Source of the DNA: the human T2T-CHM13v2.0 reference genome, Homo sapiens
Direction: 5' to 3' (one strand)
DNA length: 64,000 nt
NCBI RefSeq assembly: GCF_009914755.1
Contig: NC_060933.1
The stretch's first letter is position 1, and the number at the start of each line of letters is the position of its first letter. The notes beneath the pieces were generated by a model. That model did no database searches, had not been told where the DNA came from, and saw only the letters and a program-made list of their open reading frames with translations. The position numbers and the translations under genes are program-made. This document shows, one piece after another, positions 1 through 14,000 of this stretch.

Positions 1-3000
1 ATTCCCTTCCATTCTGTTCAGGTTAATTCCATTCCATTCCATTCCCTTCCATTCCATTCCATTCCATTCCATTCCATGCCATTCCACTCGGGTTGATTCA
101 ATTCCTTTCCATTCCATTCGAGTTGAACCCATTCCATTCCATTCCATTCCATTCCATTCCACTCGGGTTGATTCCATTCCTTTCCATTCCATTCGGGTTG
201 AAACCATTCCATTCCATTCCATTCCTTTCGATTCCATTCCATTTCACTCGGGTTGATCCCATTCCATTGCATTCCATTCCATTCCATTGCATTCCATTCC
301 GTTCCATTCCATTCCATTACATTCGTATTGATTCTATTCAATTCCCTTACTCTCCATTACATTCCATTCCATTCGGGTTGTTTCCATTCCATTCCATTCC
401 ATTCCACTCTATTCCATTGCAATCGGGTTGATTCCATTCCATTCCATTGCATTCCATTCCATTCCATTCCATTCCTTATGATTCCATTCCATTGCATTCC
501 ATTCCATTCCATTCCCCTGCACTCGGGTGGATTCCATTCTATTCCATTCCATTCCATTCCATTCCATTCCATTCCATTCCATTCTATTCGGGTTAATTTC
601 ATTCCATTCCATTCCATTCCCTTCCATTGCATTCCATTCCATTCCATTCCATTCCATTGAAATCGAGTTGATTCCATTCCATTCCATTCCATTCCATTCC
701 ATTCCATTCCATTCCATTCCATTCTATTCGGGTTAATTCCATTCCATTCCATTCCATTCCATTCCCTTCCATTCCATTCTATTCCATTCCATTCCATTCC
801 ATTCCATTCTAGTAGGGTTAATTCCATTCCAATCCATTCCATTCCATTCCATTCCATTCCATTCCATTCAATTCCATTGAACTCGGGTTGATTCCATTCC
901 ATTCCATGCCATTCCATTTCATTCCATTGCATTCCATTCCATTCCATTCCATTCCATTCCTTTCCGTTCTATTCAATTACATTCGGATTGATTCTATTCA
1001 ATTCCCTTACACTCCAATACATTCTATTCCATTCGTGTTGTTTCCATTCTATTCCATTCCATTCCACTCCATTCCATTGCACTCTGGTTGATTCCATTCC
1101 ATTCCCTTCCATTCCGTATGACTCCATTCCATTTCATTCCATTGCATTGCTTTCCCCTGCACTCGAGTTGATTACATTCCATTCCATTCCCTTCCTTTCC
1201 GTTCCATTCCATTCTATTCGGGTTAATTCCATTCCATTCCATTACATTCCATTCCCTTCCATTCCATTCCATTCCATTCCATTCCATTCGATTCTATTCG
1301 GGTTAATTCCATTCCATTCCATTCCATTCCATTCCATTCCATTCCATTCCATTCCATTGCAATCGAGTTGATTCCATTCCATTCCATTCCATTCCATTGC
1401 ATTCCATTCCATTCCATTCCGTTCCATTCCATTCCATTACATTCGGATTGATTCTTTTTAATTCCCTTACACTCCATTCCATTCCATTCCATTCGGGTAC
1501 TTTCCATTCCATTCCATTCCATTCCACTGCATTCTATTGCACTCGGGTTCATTGATTCCATTCCATTGCATTCCATTCCATTCCATTCCCCTGCACTCGG
1601 GTTGATCCCATTGCATTGCATTCCATTCCATTCCATTCCATTCCGTTCCATTCCATTCCATTTCATTCTGTTCAGGTTAATTCCATTCCATTCCATTCTC
1701 TTCCATTCCGTTCCATTCCATTCCATTCCATTCTGTTCAGGTTAATTCCATTCCATTCCATTACCTTCCATTCCATTCCATTCCATTCCATCCCATTGCA
1801 ATCTAGTTGATTCCATTGCATTCCATTCCATTCCATTCCATTCCATTGCATTCCATTCCATTCCATTGCTTTCCATTCCATTCCATTCACCTGCACTCAG
1901 ATTGATTCCATTCCATCCCATTCCATTGCATTCCGTTCCATTACATTCCATTCCATTCTATTCGCGTTAATTCCATTCCATTCCATTCCATTACATTCCA
2001 TTGCAATCGAGTTGATTCCATTCCATTCCGTTCCATTCCATTCCATTCCATTCCATTTCGTTCCATTCCATTCTATTCCGTACCATTCCATTCCATTCCA
2101 TTCCATTCCGTTCCATTCCATTCCATGCCATTCCACTCACGTTGATTCCATTGCTTTGCATTCCATTTGGGTTGAATCCATTCCATTCCATTCCATTCCA
2201 TTCCATTCCATTGCACTAGGTTTGATTCCATTCCACTGCATTCCATTCCATTCCATTCCATTCCGTTCCATTCCATTCCATTACATTCGGATTGATTGTA
2301 TTCAATTCCGTTACACTCCATTACATTCCATTCCATTCGGGTTGTTTCCATACCATTCCATTCCATTCTATTCCATTTCGTTCCATTCTATTCTATTCGG
2401 TACCATTCCATTCCATTCCATTCCATTCCATTCCATGCCATTCCACTTTGGTTGATTCCCTTCCTTTCCATTCCATTCGGGTTGAATCCATTCCATTCCA
2501 TTCCATACCATTCCATTCCATTCCACTGCATTCTATTGCACTCGGGTTGATTGATTCCATTCCATTGCATTCCATTCCATTCCATTCCATTCCGGATGAT
2601 TCCATTCCATTGCATTCCATTGCATTCCATTCCCCTGTACTCGGGTTGATCCCATTCCATTGCTTTCCATTCCATTCCATTCCATTCCATTCCATTCCAT
2701 TCCGTTCTGTTCCATTCCATTCCCTTCCATTCTGTTCAGGTTAATTCCATTCCATTCCATTCCCTTCCATTCCATTCCATTCCATTCCATTCCATTCCAT
2801 TCCATGCCATTCCACTCGGGTTGATTCAATTCCTTTCCATTCCATTGGAGTTGAACCCATTCCATTCCATTCCATTCCATTCCATTCCATTCCATTCCAC
2901 TCGGGTTGATTCCATTCCTTTCCATTCCATTCGGGTTGAAACCATTCCATTCCATTCCATTCCTTTCGATTCCATTCCATTTCACTCGGGTTGATCCCAT

Positions 3001-5160
3001 TCCATTGCATTCCATTCCATTCCATGGCATTCCATTCCGTTCCATTCCATTCCATTACATTCGTATTGATTCTATTCAATTCCCTTACTCTCCATTACAT
3101 TCCATTCCATTCGGGTTGTTTCCATTCCATTCCATTCCATTCCACTCTATTCCATTGCAATCGGGTTGATTCCATTCCATTCCATTGCATTCCATTCCAT
3201 TCCATTCCATTCCGTATGATTCCATTCCATTGCATTCCATTCCATTCCATTCCCCTGCACTCGGGTGGATTCCATTCTATTCCATTCCATTCCATTCCAT
3301 TCCATTCCATTCCATTCCATTCCATTCCATTCTATTCGGGTTAATTTCATTCCATTCCATTCCATTCCCTTCCATTGCATTCCATTCCATTCCATTCCAT
3401 TCCATTGAAATCGAGTTGATTCCATTCCATTCCATTCCATTCCATTCCATTCCATTCCATTCCATTCCATTCTATTCGGGTTAATTCCATTCCATTCCAT
3501 TCCATTCCATTCCCTTCCATTCCATTCTATTCCATTCCATTCCATTCCATTCCATTCTAGTAGGGTTAATTCCATTCCATTCCATTCCATTCCATTCCAT
3601 TCCATTCCATTCCGTTGCAATCGAGTTGATTCCATTCCATTCCATTCCATTCCATTCCATTCCATTCAATTCCATTGAACTCGGGTTGATTCCATTCCAT
3701 TCCATGCCATTCCATTTCATTCCATTCCATTCCATTCCATTCCATTCCACTCCATTCCATTCCATTCCATTCCTTTCCGTTCTATTCAATTACATTCGGA
3801 TTGATTCTATTCAATTCCCTTACACTCCAATATATTCTATTCCATTCGTGTTGTTTCCATTCTATTCCATTCCATTCCACTCCATTCCATTGCACTCTGG
3901 TTGATTCCATTCCATTCCCTTCCATTCCGTATGACTCCATTCCATTTCATTCCATTGCATTGCTTTCCCCTGCACTCGAGTTGATTACATTCCATTCCAT
4001 TCCCTTCCTTTCCGTTCCATTCCATTCTATTCGGGTTAATTCCATTCCATTCCATTACATTCCATTCCCTTCCATTCCATTCCATTCCATTCCATTCCAT
4101 TCCATTCGATTCTATTCGGGTTAATTCCATTCCATTCCATTCCATTCCATTCCATTCCATTCCATTCCATTCCATTGCAATCGAGTTGATTCCATTCCAT
4201 TCCATTCCATTCCATTCCATTCCATTCCATTCCATTCCGTTCCATTCCATTCCACTACATTCGGATTGATTCTTTTTAATTCCCTTACACTCCATTCCAT
4301 TCCATTCCATTCGGGTACTTTCCATTCCATTCCATTCCATTCCACTGCATTCTATTGCACTCGGGTTCATTGATTCCATTCCATTGCATTCCATTCCATT
4401 CCATTCCCCTGCACTCGGGTTGATCCCATTGCAATGCATTCCATTCCATTCCATTCCATTCCGTTCCATTCCATTCCATATCATTCTGTTCAGGTTAATT
4501 CCATTCCATTCCATTCTCTTCCATTCCGTTCCATTCCATTCCATTCCATTCTGTTCAGGTTAATTCCATTCCATTCCATTCCCTTCCATTCCATTCCATT
4601 CCATTCCATCCCATTGCAATCTAGTTGATTCCATTGCATTCCATTCCATTCCATTCCATTCCATTGCATTCCATTCCATTCCATTCACCTGCAGTCAGAT
4701 TGATTCCATTCCATCCCATTCCATTCCATTCCGTTCCATTACATTCCATTCCATTCTATTCGCGTTAATTCCATTCCATTCCATTCCATTACATTCCATT
4801 GCAATCGAGTTGATTCCATTCCATTCCGTTCCATTCCATTCCATTCCATTCCATTTCGTTCCATTCCATTTTATTCTGTACCATTCCATTCCATTCCATT
4901 CCATTCCATTCCATTCCATGCCATTCCACTCGGGTTGATTCCATTGCTTTCCATTCCATTTGGGTTGAATCCAATCCATTCCATTCCATTCCATTCCATT
5001 CCATTCCATTACATTCCATTCCATTGCACTAGGTTTGATTCCATTCCACGGCATTCCATTCCATTCCATTCCGTTCCATTCCATTCCATTACATTCGGAT
5101 TGATTGTATTCAATTCCCTTACACTCCATTACATTCCATTCCATTCGGGTTGTTTCCATT
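1..5160 (+). repeat. Tandem duplication, unit ~2.72-2.82 kb (1-~2350 vs ~2719-5160)
   Basis: Same module order in both copies. Offsets: 2718 (TCTGTTCAGG at 13 and 2731), 2738 (ORF ends 341/3079), 2813 (ORF starts 988/3801), 2818 (1616/4434). Confidence 0.88.
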
Positions 5161-8100
5161 CCATTACATTCCATTCCACTCCATTCCATTGCACTCAGGT
5201 TGATTCCATTCCATTCCATTCCATTCCATTCCATTTCGTTCCATTCCATTCTATTCCGTACCATTCCATTCCATTCCATTCCATTCCATGCCATTCCACT
5301 CAGGTTTATTACATTCCTTTCCATTCCATTCGGGTTGAATCCATTCCATTCCATTCCCTTCCATTCCATTCCATTCCATTCCTTTGCACTCGGGTTGATT
5401 CCATTCCATTCCCTGCCATTCCATTTCATTCCATTCCATTCCATTCCTTTCCATTCCATTCCATTCCATTCCATTCCATTCCGTTCCATTCCATTCCATT
5501 ACATTCGGATTGATTGTATTCAATTCCCTTAATCTCCATTACATTCCATTCCATTCGGGTTGTTTCCGTTCCATTACATTCCATTCAACTCCATTCCATT
5601 GCACTCAGGTTGATTCCTTTCCATTGCATTCCATTCCATTCCATTCCATTCCATTTCGTTCCATTCCGTTCTATTCCGTACCATTCCATTCCATTCCATT
5701 CCATTCCATGCCATTCCACTGGGGTTGATTCCATTCCTTTCCATTCCATTCGGGTTGAATCCATTCCATTCCATTCCATTGCATTCCGTTCCATTCCATT
5801 CCCCTGCAATCGGGTGGATTCCATTCTATTCCATTCCATTCCATTCATTCCATTCCATTCCATTCCATTTCGTTCCATTCCATTCTATTCCGTACCTTTC
5901 CATTCCATTCCATTCCATTCCATTCCATGCCATGCCATTCCACTCGGGTTGATTCCATTCCTTTCCATTCCATTCTAGTTGAATCCATTCCATTGCATTC
6001 CATTCCATTCGATTCCATTCAATTGCACACGGGTTCATTCCATTCCATTCCATTCCATTCCATTCCATTCCGTTCCATTCCATTCCATTTCGTTCCTTTC
6101 CTTCTATTCCGTACCATTCCCTTCCATTCCATTCCATTCCACTCCGTTCCATACCATTCCACTCGGGTTTATTCCATTCCTTTCCATTCCATTTGGGTTG
6201 AATCCATTCCATTCCATTCCATTCCATTCCATTCCATTCCATTCCATGCCATTCCACTCGGGTTGTTTCCATTCCTTTCCATTCCATTAGAGTTGAACCC
6301 ATTCCATTCCATTCCATTCCATTCCATTCCATTCCATTCCATTGCTCACGGGTTCATTCCATTCCATTCCATTCCATTCCATTCCATTTCGTTCCATTCC
6401 ATTCTACTCCGTACCATTCCATTCCATTCCATTCCCTTCCATACCATTTCACTCGGGATTATTCCTTTCCTTTCCATTCCATTCGGGTTGAATCCATTCC
6501 ATTCCATTCCATTGCATTCCATTCCATTCCATTCCCCTGTAATCGGGTGGATTCAATTCTATTCCATTCCATTCCATTCCATTCCATTCCATTCCATTCC
6601 ATTCCATTTCGTTACATTCCATTCTATTCCGTACCTTTCCATTCCATTCCATTCCATTCCATTCCATGCCATTCCACTCGGGTTGATTCCATTGCTTTCC
6701 ATTCCATTTGGGTTGAATCTAATCCATTCCATTCCATTCCATTCCATTCCATTCCATTGCACTAGGTTTGATTCCATTTCACTGCATTCCATTCCATTCC
6801 ATTCCATTAAATTCCATTCCACTCGCGTTGATTCCATTCCTTTTCATTCCATTCGTGTTGAATCCATTCCATTCCATTCCATTACTTTCGATTCCATTCC
6901 ATTGCACTCGGGTTGAACCCATTCCATTGGATTCCATTCCATTCCATTGCATTCCATTCCGTTCCATTCCATTCCATTACATTTGTATTGATTCTATTCA
7001 ATTCCCTTACACTCCATTCCATTCCATTCCATTCCATTCGGGTTGTTTCCATTCCATTCCATTCCATTCCACTCCATTCCATTGCAATCGGGTTGATTCC
7101 ATTCCATTCCATTCCGTATGATTCCAGTCCATTGCATTCCATTCCATTCCATTCCCCTGCACTCGGGTGGATTCCATTCTATTCCATTCCATTCCATTCC
7201 ACTCTATTCCATTCCATTCCATTACATTCCATTCCATTCCTTTCCATTCTATTCGGGTTAATTTCATTCCATTCCATTCCATTCCATTCCATTCCATTCC
7301 ATTCCATTCCATTGAAATCGAGTTGATTCCATTTCATTCCATTCCATTCCATTCCATTCCATTCCATTGCATTCTATTCCGGTTAATTCCATTCCATTCC
7401 ATTCCATTCCATTCCCTTCCATTCCATTCCATTCCATTCTATTAGGGTTAATTCCATTCCATTCCATTCCATTCCATTACATTCCATTGCAATCGAGTTG
7501 ATTCCATTCCATTCCATTCAATTCCGGATGATTGCATTCCATTGCCTTCCATTCCATTCCATTCCCCTGCACTCGGGTTGATTCCATTCCATTCCTTTCC
7601 ATTCCATTCCATTCCATTCCATTCCATTCCATTCCATTTCGTTTCATTCCGTTCTATTCCGTACCATTCCATTCCATTCCATTCCATTTCATTCCATTCC
7701 ATTCCATGCCATTCCACTCGGGTTGATTCCATTCCTTTCCATTCCATTCTACTTGAATCCATTCCATTCCATTCGATTCCATTCCATTGCACGCGGGTTC
7801 ATTCCATTCCATTCCATTCCTTTCCATTCCATTCCATTGCACACGGGTTCATTCCATTCCATTCCATTACATTACATTCCATTCCATTTCGTTCCATTCC
7901 ATTCTACTCCGTACCATTCCATTCCATTCCATTCCATTCCATTCCATTCCACTCCATTCCATGCCATTCCACTCGGGTTTATTCCATTCCTTTCCGTTCC
8001 ATTCGGGTTGAATCCATTCCATTCCATTCCATTCCATTCCATTCAATTCCATTACATAGCACTCGGGTTGATTCCATTCCATTCCATTCCATTCCATTGC

Positions 8101-11085
8101 ATTCCATTCCATTCCATTCCATTCCATTGCATTCCATTCCATGCCATTCCACTCGGGTTGATTCCATTCCTTTCCATTCCATTCGAGTTGAACCCATTCC
8201 ATTCCATTCCATTCCATTCCATTCCATTCCATTGCAATCGAATTGATTCCATTCCATTCCATTCCATTCCATTCCATTCCATTCCATTCCATTCCATGCC
8301 ATTCCACTCGGGTTGATTCCATTGCTTTCCATTCGATTTGGGTTGAATCCAATCCATTCCATTCCATTCAATTCCATTCCTTTCCATTGCACTAGGTTTG
8401 ATTCCATTCCACAGCATTCCATTCCATTCCATTCCATTCCATTGCATTCCATTCCATTCCATTCCATTCCATTCCATTCCACTCGGGATGATTCCAATCC
8501 TTTCCATTCCATTAGGGTTGAAACCATTCCATTCCATTCCATTCCTTTCGATTCCATTCCATTACACTCGGGTTGATCCCATTCCATTGCATTGCATTCC
8601 ATTCCGTTCCATTCCATTCCATTACATTCGTATTGATTCTATTCAATTCCCTTACACTCCATTACATTCCATTCCATTCGGGTTGTTTCCATTCCATTCC
8701 ATTCCATTCCACTCCATTCCATTGCAATCGGGTTGATTCCATTCCATTCCATTCCATTCCATTCCGTATGATTCCATTCCATTGCATTCCATTCCATTCC
8801 ATTCCCCTGCACTCGGGTGGATTCCATTCTATTCCATTCCATTCCATTGCATTCCATTCCATTCCATTCCACTCCACTCCATGCCATTCCACTCGGGTTT
8901 AATCCATTCCTTTCCATTCCATTCGGGTTGAATCCATTCCATTCCATTCCATTCCACTCAATTCCATTACATTGCACTCGGGTTGATTCCATTCCATTCC
9001 ATTCCATTCCATTCCATTCCATTCCATTTCGTTCTTTTCCATTCTATTCCGTACTATTCCATTCCATTCCTTTGCATTCCATGCCATTCCACTCGGGTTT
9101 ATTCCATTCATTTTCATTCCATTCGGGTTGAATCCATTCCATTCCATTCCATTCCATTCCATTCCATTCCATTCCATTGCACTCGGGTTGATTGCATTCC
9201 ATTCCATTCCATTCTACTCCATTTCGTTCCATTCCATACTATTCGGTAGCATTCCATTCCATTCCATTCCAATCCATTCCATTCCATGCCATTCCACTTG
9301 GGTTGATTCCCTTCCTTTCCATTCCATTCGGGTTGAATCCATTCCATTCCATTCCATTCCATTCCATTCCATTCCTTTCAATTCCATTGCACACGGTTTG
9401 GTTCCGTTCCATTCCTTTCCGTTCCATTCCGGATGACTCCATTCCATTGCATTCCATTCCATTCCATTCCCCTGCACTCGGGTTCATTACCTTCCATTCC
9501 ATTTACTTCCATTCCATTCCATTCCATTCTATTCGGGTTAATTCCATTCCATTCCATTCCATTCCATTCCATTCCATTCCATGCCATTCCATTCCACTCC
9601 ATTCCATGCCATTCCACTCGGGTTTATTCCATTCCTTTCCATTCCATTTGGGTTGAATCCATTCCATTCCATTCCATTCCATTCCATTCCATTCCATTCC
9701 ATTCCATGCCATTGGACTCGGGTTGATTCCATTCCTTTCCATTCCATTCGAATTGAACCCATTCCATTCCATTCCATTCCATTCCATTCCATTCCATTGC
9801 TCACGGGTTCATTCCATTCCATTCCATTCCATTCCATTCCATTCCATTCCATTCCATTTCGTTCCATTCCATTCTACTCCGTACCATTCCATTCCATTCC
9901 ATTCCCTTCCATGCCATTTCACTCGGGTTTATTCCATTCCTTTCCATTCCATTCGGGTTGAATCCATTCCATTCCATTCCATTCCATTCCATTCCATTCC
10001 ATTCTATTGCGCTCGGGTTGATTCCATTCCATTCTATGCCATTCCATTTCATTCCATTCCATTCCATTCCATTGCATTCCATTCCATTCCTTTCCTTTCA
10101 ATTCCATTCCACTACATTCGGATTGATTCTTTTTAATTCCCTTACACTCCATTACATTCCATTCCATTCGGGTACTTTCCATTCCATTCCATTCCATTCC
10201 ACTGCATTCTATTGCACTCGCGTTGATTGATTCCATTCCATTGCATTCCATTCCATTCCATTCCATTCCATTCCATTCCATTCCATTCTGTTCAGGTTAA
10301 TTCCATTCCATTCCATTCCCTTCCATTCCATTCCATTCCATTCCATCCCATTGCAATCGAGGTGATTCCATTGCATTCCATTCCATTCCATTCCATTGCA
10401 TTCCATTCCATTCCATTCCCCTGCACTCAGATTGATTCCATTCCATTCCTTTCCATTCCATTCCGTTCCATTCCTTTCCATTCTATTTGCGTTAATTCCG
10501 TTCCATTCCATTCCATTACATTCCTTTGCAATCGAGTTGATTCCATTCCATTCCGTTCCATTCCATTCCATTCCATTCCATTCCATGCCATTCCACTCGG
10601 GTTGATTCCATTCCTTTCCATTCCATTCGAGTTGAATCCATTCCATTCCATTCCATTCCATTCGATTCCATTCCATTGCTCACGTGTTCATTCCATTCCA
10701 TTCCATTCCATTCCATTCCATTCCATTCCATTTCGTTCCATTCCATTCTCTTCCGTAGTATTCCATTCCATTCCATTCCTCTCCATTCCATGCCATTCCA
10801 CTCGGGTTTATTCCATTCCTTTCCATTCCATTCGGGTTGAATTCATTCCATTCCATTCCATTCCATTCCATTCAATTCCATTACATTGCACTCGGGTTGA
10901 TTCCATTCCATTCCATTCCATTTCAATCTATTCCCTTCCATTCCATTTCATTCCATTCCATTCCATTCCATTCCATTCCATTCCATTCCATTCCATGCCA
11001 TTCCACTCGGGTTGATTCCATTCCTTTCCATTCCATTCTAGTTGATCCCATTCCATTCCATTCCATTCCATTCCATTGCACACGG
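1..11085 (+). repeat. HSat3 block, CATTC on plus strand (domain A)
   Basis: CATTC orientation ends at ...TTGCACACGG (11085). Diagnostic modules: GAGTTGAACCC, GCACTAGGTTTG, CTGTTCAGGTTAA, ATGCCATTCCACTCGGGTTTA and in-phase CGGGTTGTTTCC. Confidence 0.9.
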
Positions 11086-11095
11086 AATGGAATGG
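11075..11095. other. Strand-switch junction J1 (CATTC to GGAAT)
   Basis: Sequence reads ...TTCCATTGCACAC-GG-AATGGAATGG... The left module ATTGCACACGG(GTTC), intact at ~6022-6040, is cut and shares GG with the first GGAAT. Confidence 0.93.
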
Positions 11096-14000
11096 AATGG
11101 AAACAACCCGAATGGAATGGAATGTAATGGAGTTTAAGGGAATTGAATACAATCAATCCGAATGTAATGGAATGGAATGGAACGGAATGGAATGGAATGG
11201 AATGCAGTGGAATGGAATCAAACCTAGTGCAATGGAATGGAATGGAATGGAATGGAATGGAATGGAATGGAATGGATTGGATTCAACCCAAATGGAATGG
11301 AAAGCAATGGAATCAACCCGAGTGGAATGGCATGGAATGGAATGGAATGGAATGGAATGGTACAGAAAAGAATGGAATGGAACGAAATGGAATGGAATGG
11401 AATGGAATGGAACGGAATGGAATGGAATCAACTCGATTGCAATGGAATGTAATGGAATGGAATGGAATGGAATTAACGCGAATAGAATGGAATGGAATGT
11501 AATGGAACGGAAAGGAATGGAATGGGATGGAATGGAGTCAATCTGAGTGCAGGGGAATGGAATGGAATGGAATGCAATGGAATGGAATGCAATGGAATGG
11601 AATGCCATGGAATCAACTAGATTGCAATGGGATGGAATGGAATGGAATGGAATGGAAGGGAATGGAATGGAATGGAATTAACCTGAACAGAATGGAATGG
11701 AATGGAATGGAACGGAATGGAATGGAATGGAATGGAATGGAATGGATTCAAACCGAATGGAATGGAAAGGAATGGAATAAACCCGAGTGAAATGGCTTGG
11801 AAGGGAATGGAATGGAATGGAATGGTACGGAGTAGAATGGAATGGAACGAAATGGAATGGAATGGAATGGAATGGAATGGAATGGAATGGAATGGAATGA
11901 ACCCGTGAGCAATGGAATGGGATGGAATGGAATGGAATGGAAGGGAATGGAATGGGTTAAATTCGAATGGAATGGAAAGGAATGGAATCAAGCCGAGTGC
12001 AATGGCATGGAATGGAATGGAATGGAATGGAATGGAATGGAATGGAATGGATTCAACCCGAATGGAATGGAAAGGAATGGAATAAACCCGAGTGGAATGG
12101 CATGGAATGGAGTGGAATGGAATGGAATGGAATGGAATGGAATGGAATGGAATGGAATTAACCCTAATAGAATGGAATGGAATGGAATGGAATGGAATGG
12201 AATGGAAGGGAATGGAATGGAATGGAATGGAATGGAATTAACACGAATAGAATGGAATGGAATGGAATGGAATGGAATGGAATGGAATCAACTCGATTTC
12301 ATTGGAATGGAATGGAATGGAATGGAATGGAATGGAAGGGAATGGAATGAAATTAACCCGAATAGAATGGAATGGAATGGAATGGAATGGAATGGAATGG
12401 AATAGAATGGAATCCAACCGAGTGCAGTGGAATGGAATGGAATGGAATGCAATGGAATGGAATCATACGGAATGGAATGGAATGGAATGGAATGAAATGG
12501 AATGGAATGCAATGGAATGGAATGGAATCAACCCGATTGCAATGGAATGGAGTGGAATGGAATGGAATGGAATGGAAACAACCCGAATGGAATGGAATGT
12601 AATGGAGAGTAAGGGAATTGAATAGAATCAATACGAATGTAATGGAATGGAATGGAACGGAATGGAATGCAATGGAATGGAATGGAATGCAATGGAATGG
12701 GATCAACCCGAGTGAAATGGAATGGAATCGAAAGGAATGGAATGGAATGGAATGGTTTCAACCAGAATGGAATGGAAAGGAATGGAATCAACCCGAGTGG
12801 AACGGAATGGAATGGAATGGAATGGAATGGAATGGAATGGAATGGAATGGAATGGGTTCAACTCGAATGGAATGGAAAAGAATGGAATCAACCCGAGTGG
12901 AATGGCATGGAATGGAATGGAATGGAATGGAATGGAATGGAATGGATTCATCCCGAATGGAATGGAAGGGAATGGAATTAACCCGAATAGAATGGAATGG
13001 AATGGAATTGAACGGAATGGAATGGAATGGAATGGAATGGAATGGAATGGAATCAACCCGACTGCAGGGGAATGGAATGGAATGGAATGGAATGGAATGG
13101 AATCATCCGGAACAGAATGGACTGGAATGGAATGGAATCCACTCGATTGCAATGGAATGGAATGGAATGGAATTTAATCCAATGGAATGGAATGGAATTA
13201 ACCGGAATAGAATGGAATGGAATGCAATGGAACGGAATGGAATGGAATGGAATGGAATGGAATGGAATGGAATCAACCCGAGTGCAGGGGAATGGAATGG
13301 AATGGAATGCAATGGAATGGAATCATCCGGAATGGAATGGAATGGAATGGAATGCAATCAACCTGATGCAATGGAATGGAGTGGAAAGGAATGGAATGGA
13401 ATGGAAACATCCCGAATGGAATGGAATGTAATGGAGTGTAAGGGAATTGAATAGAATCAATCCGAATGGAATGGAATGGAATGAAATGGAATGGAATGGA
13501 ATGGAATGGAATCAACCCGAGTGCAATGGAATGGATTCGAATGGAATGGAATGGAATGGAATGGATTCAACAAGAATGGAATGGAAAGGAATGGAATCAA
13601 CCCGAGTGTAATGGCATGGAATGGAACGGAATGGAATGGGATGGAATCGAATGGTATGGAATAGAATGGAATAGAATGAAATGGAATGGAATGGAATGGA
13701 ATGGAATGAACCCGTGTGCAATGGAATGGAATGGAATGGAATGGAATGGATTCAACTCGAATGGAATCAACTCGATTGCAATGGAATGGAATGGAATTGA
13801 AAGGAATATAATGGAATAAACACGAGTGGAATGGAATGGAAAGGACTGGAATGGAGTGGAATGGAATGGAATGGAATTTACACAAATAGAATGAAATGGA
13901 ACGGAATGGAATGGAATGTAATGGAACGCAATGGAAAGGAATCATCCGGAATGGAATGGAATGGAATGGAATGGAATGGAATGGAATGGAATGGAATCAA

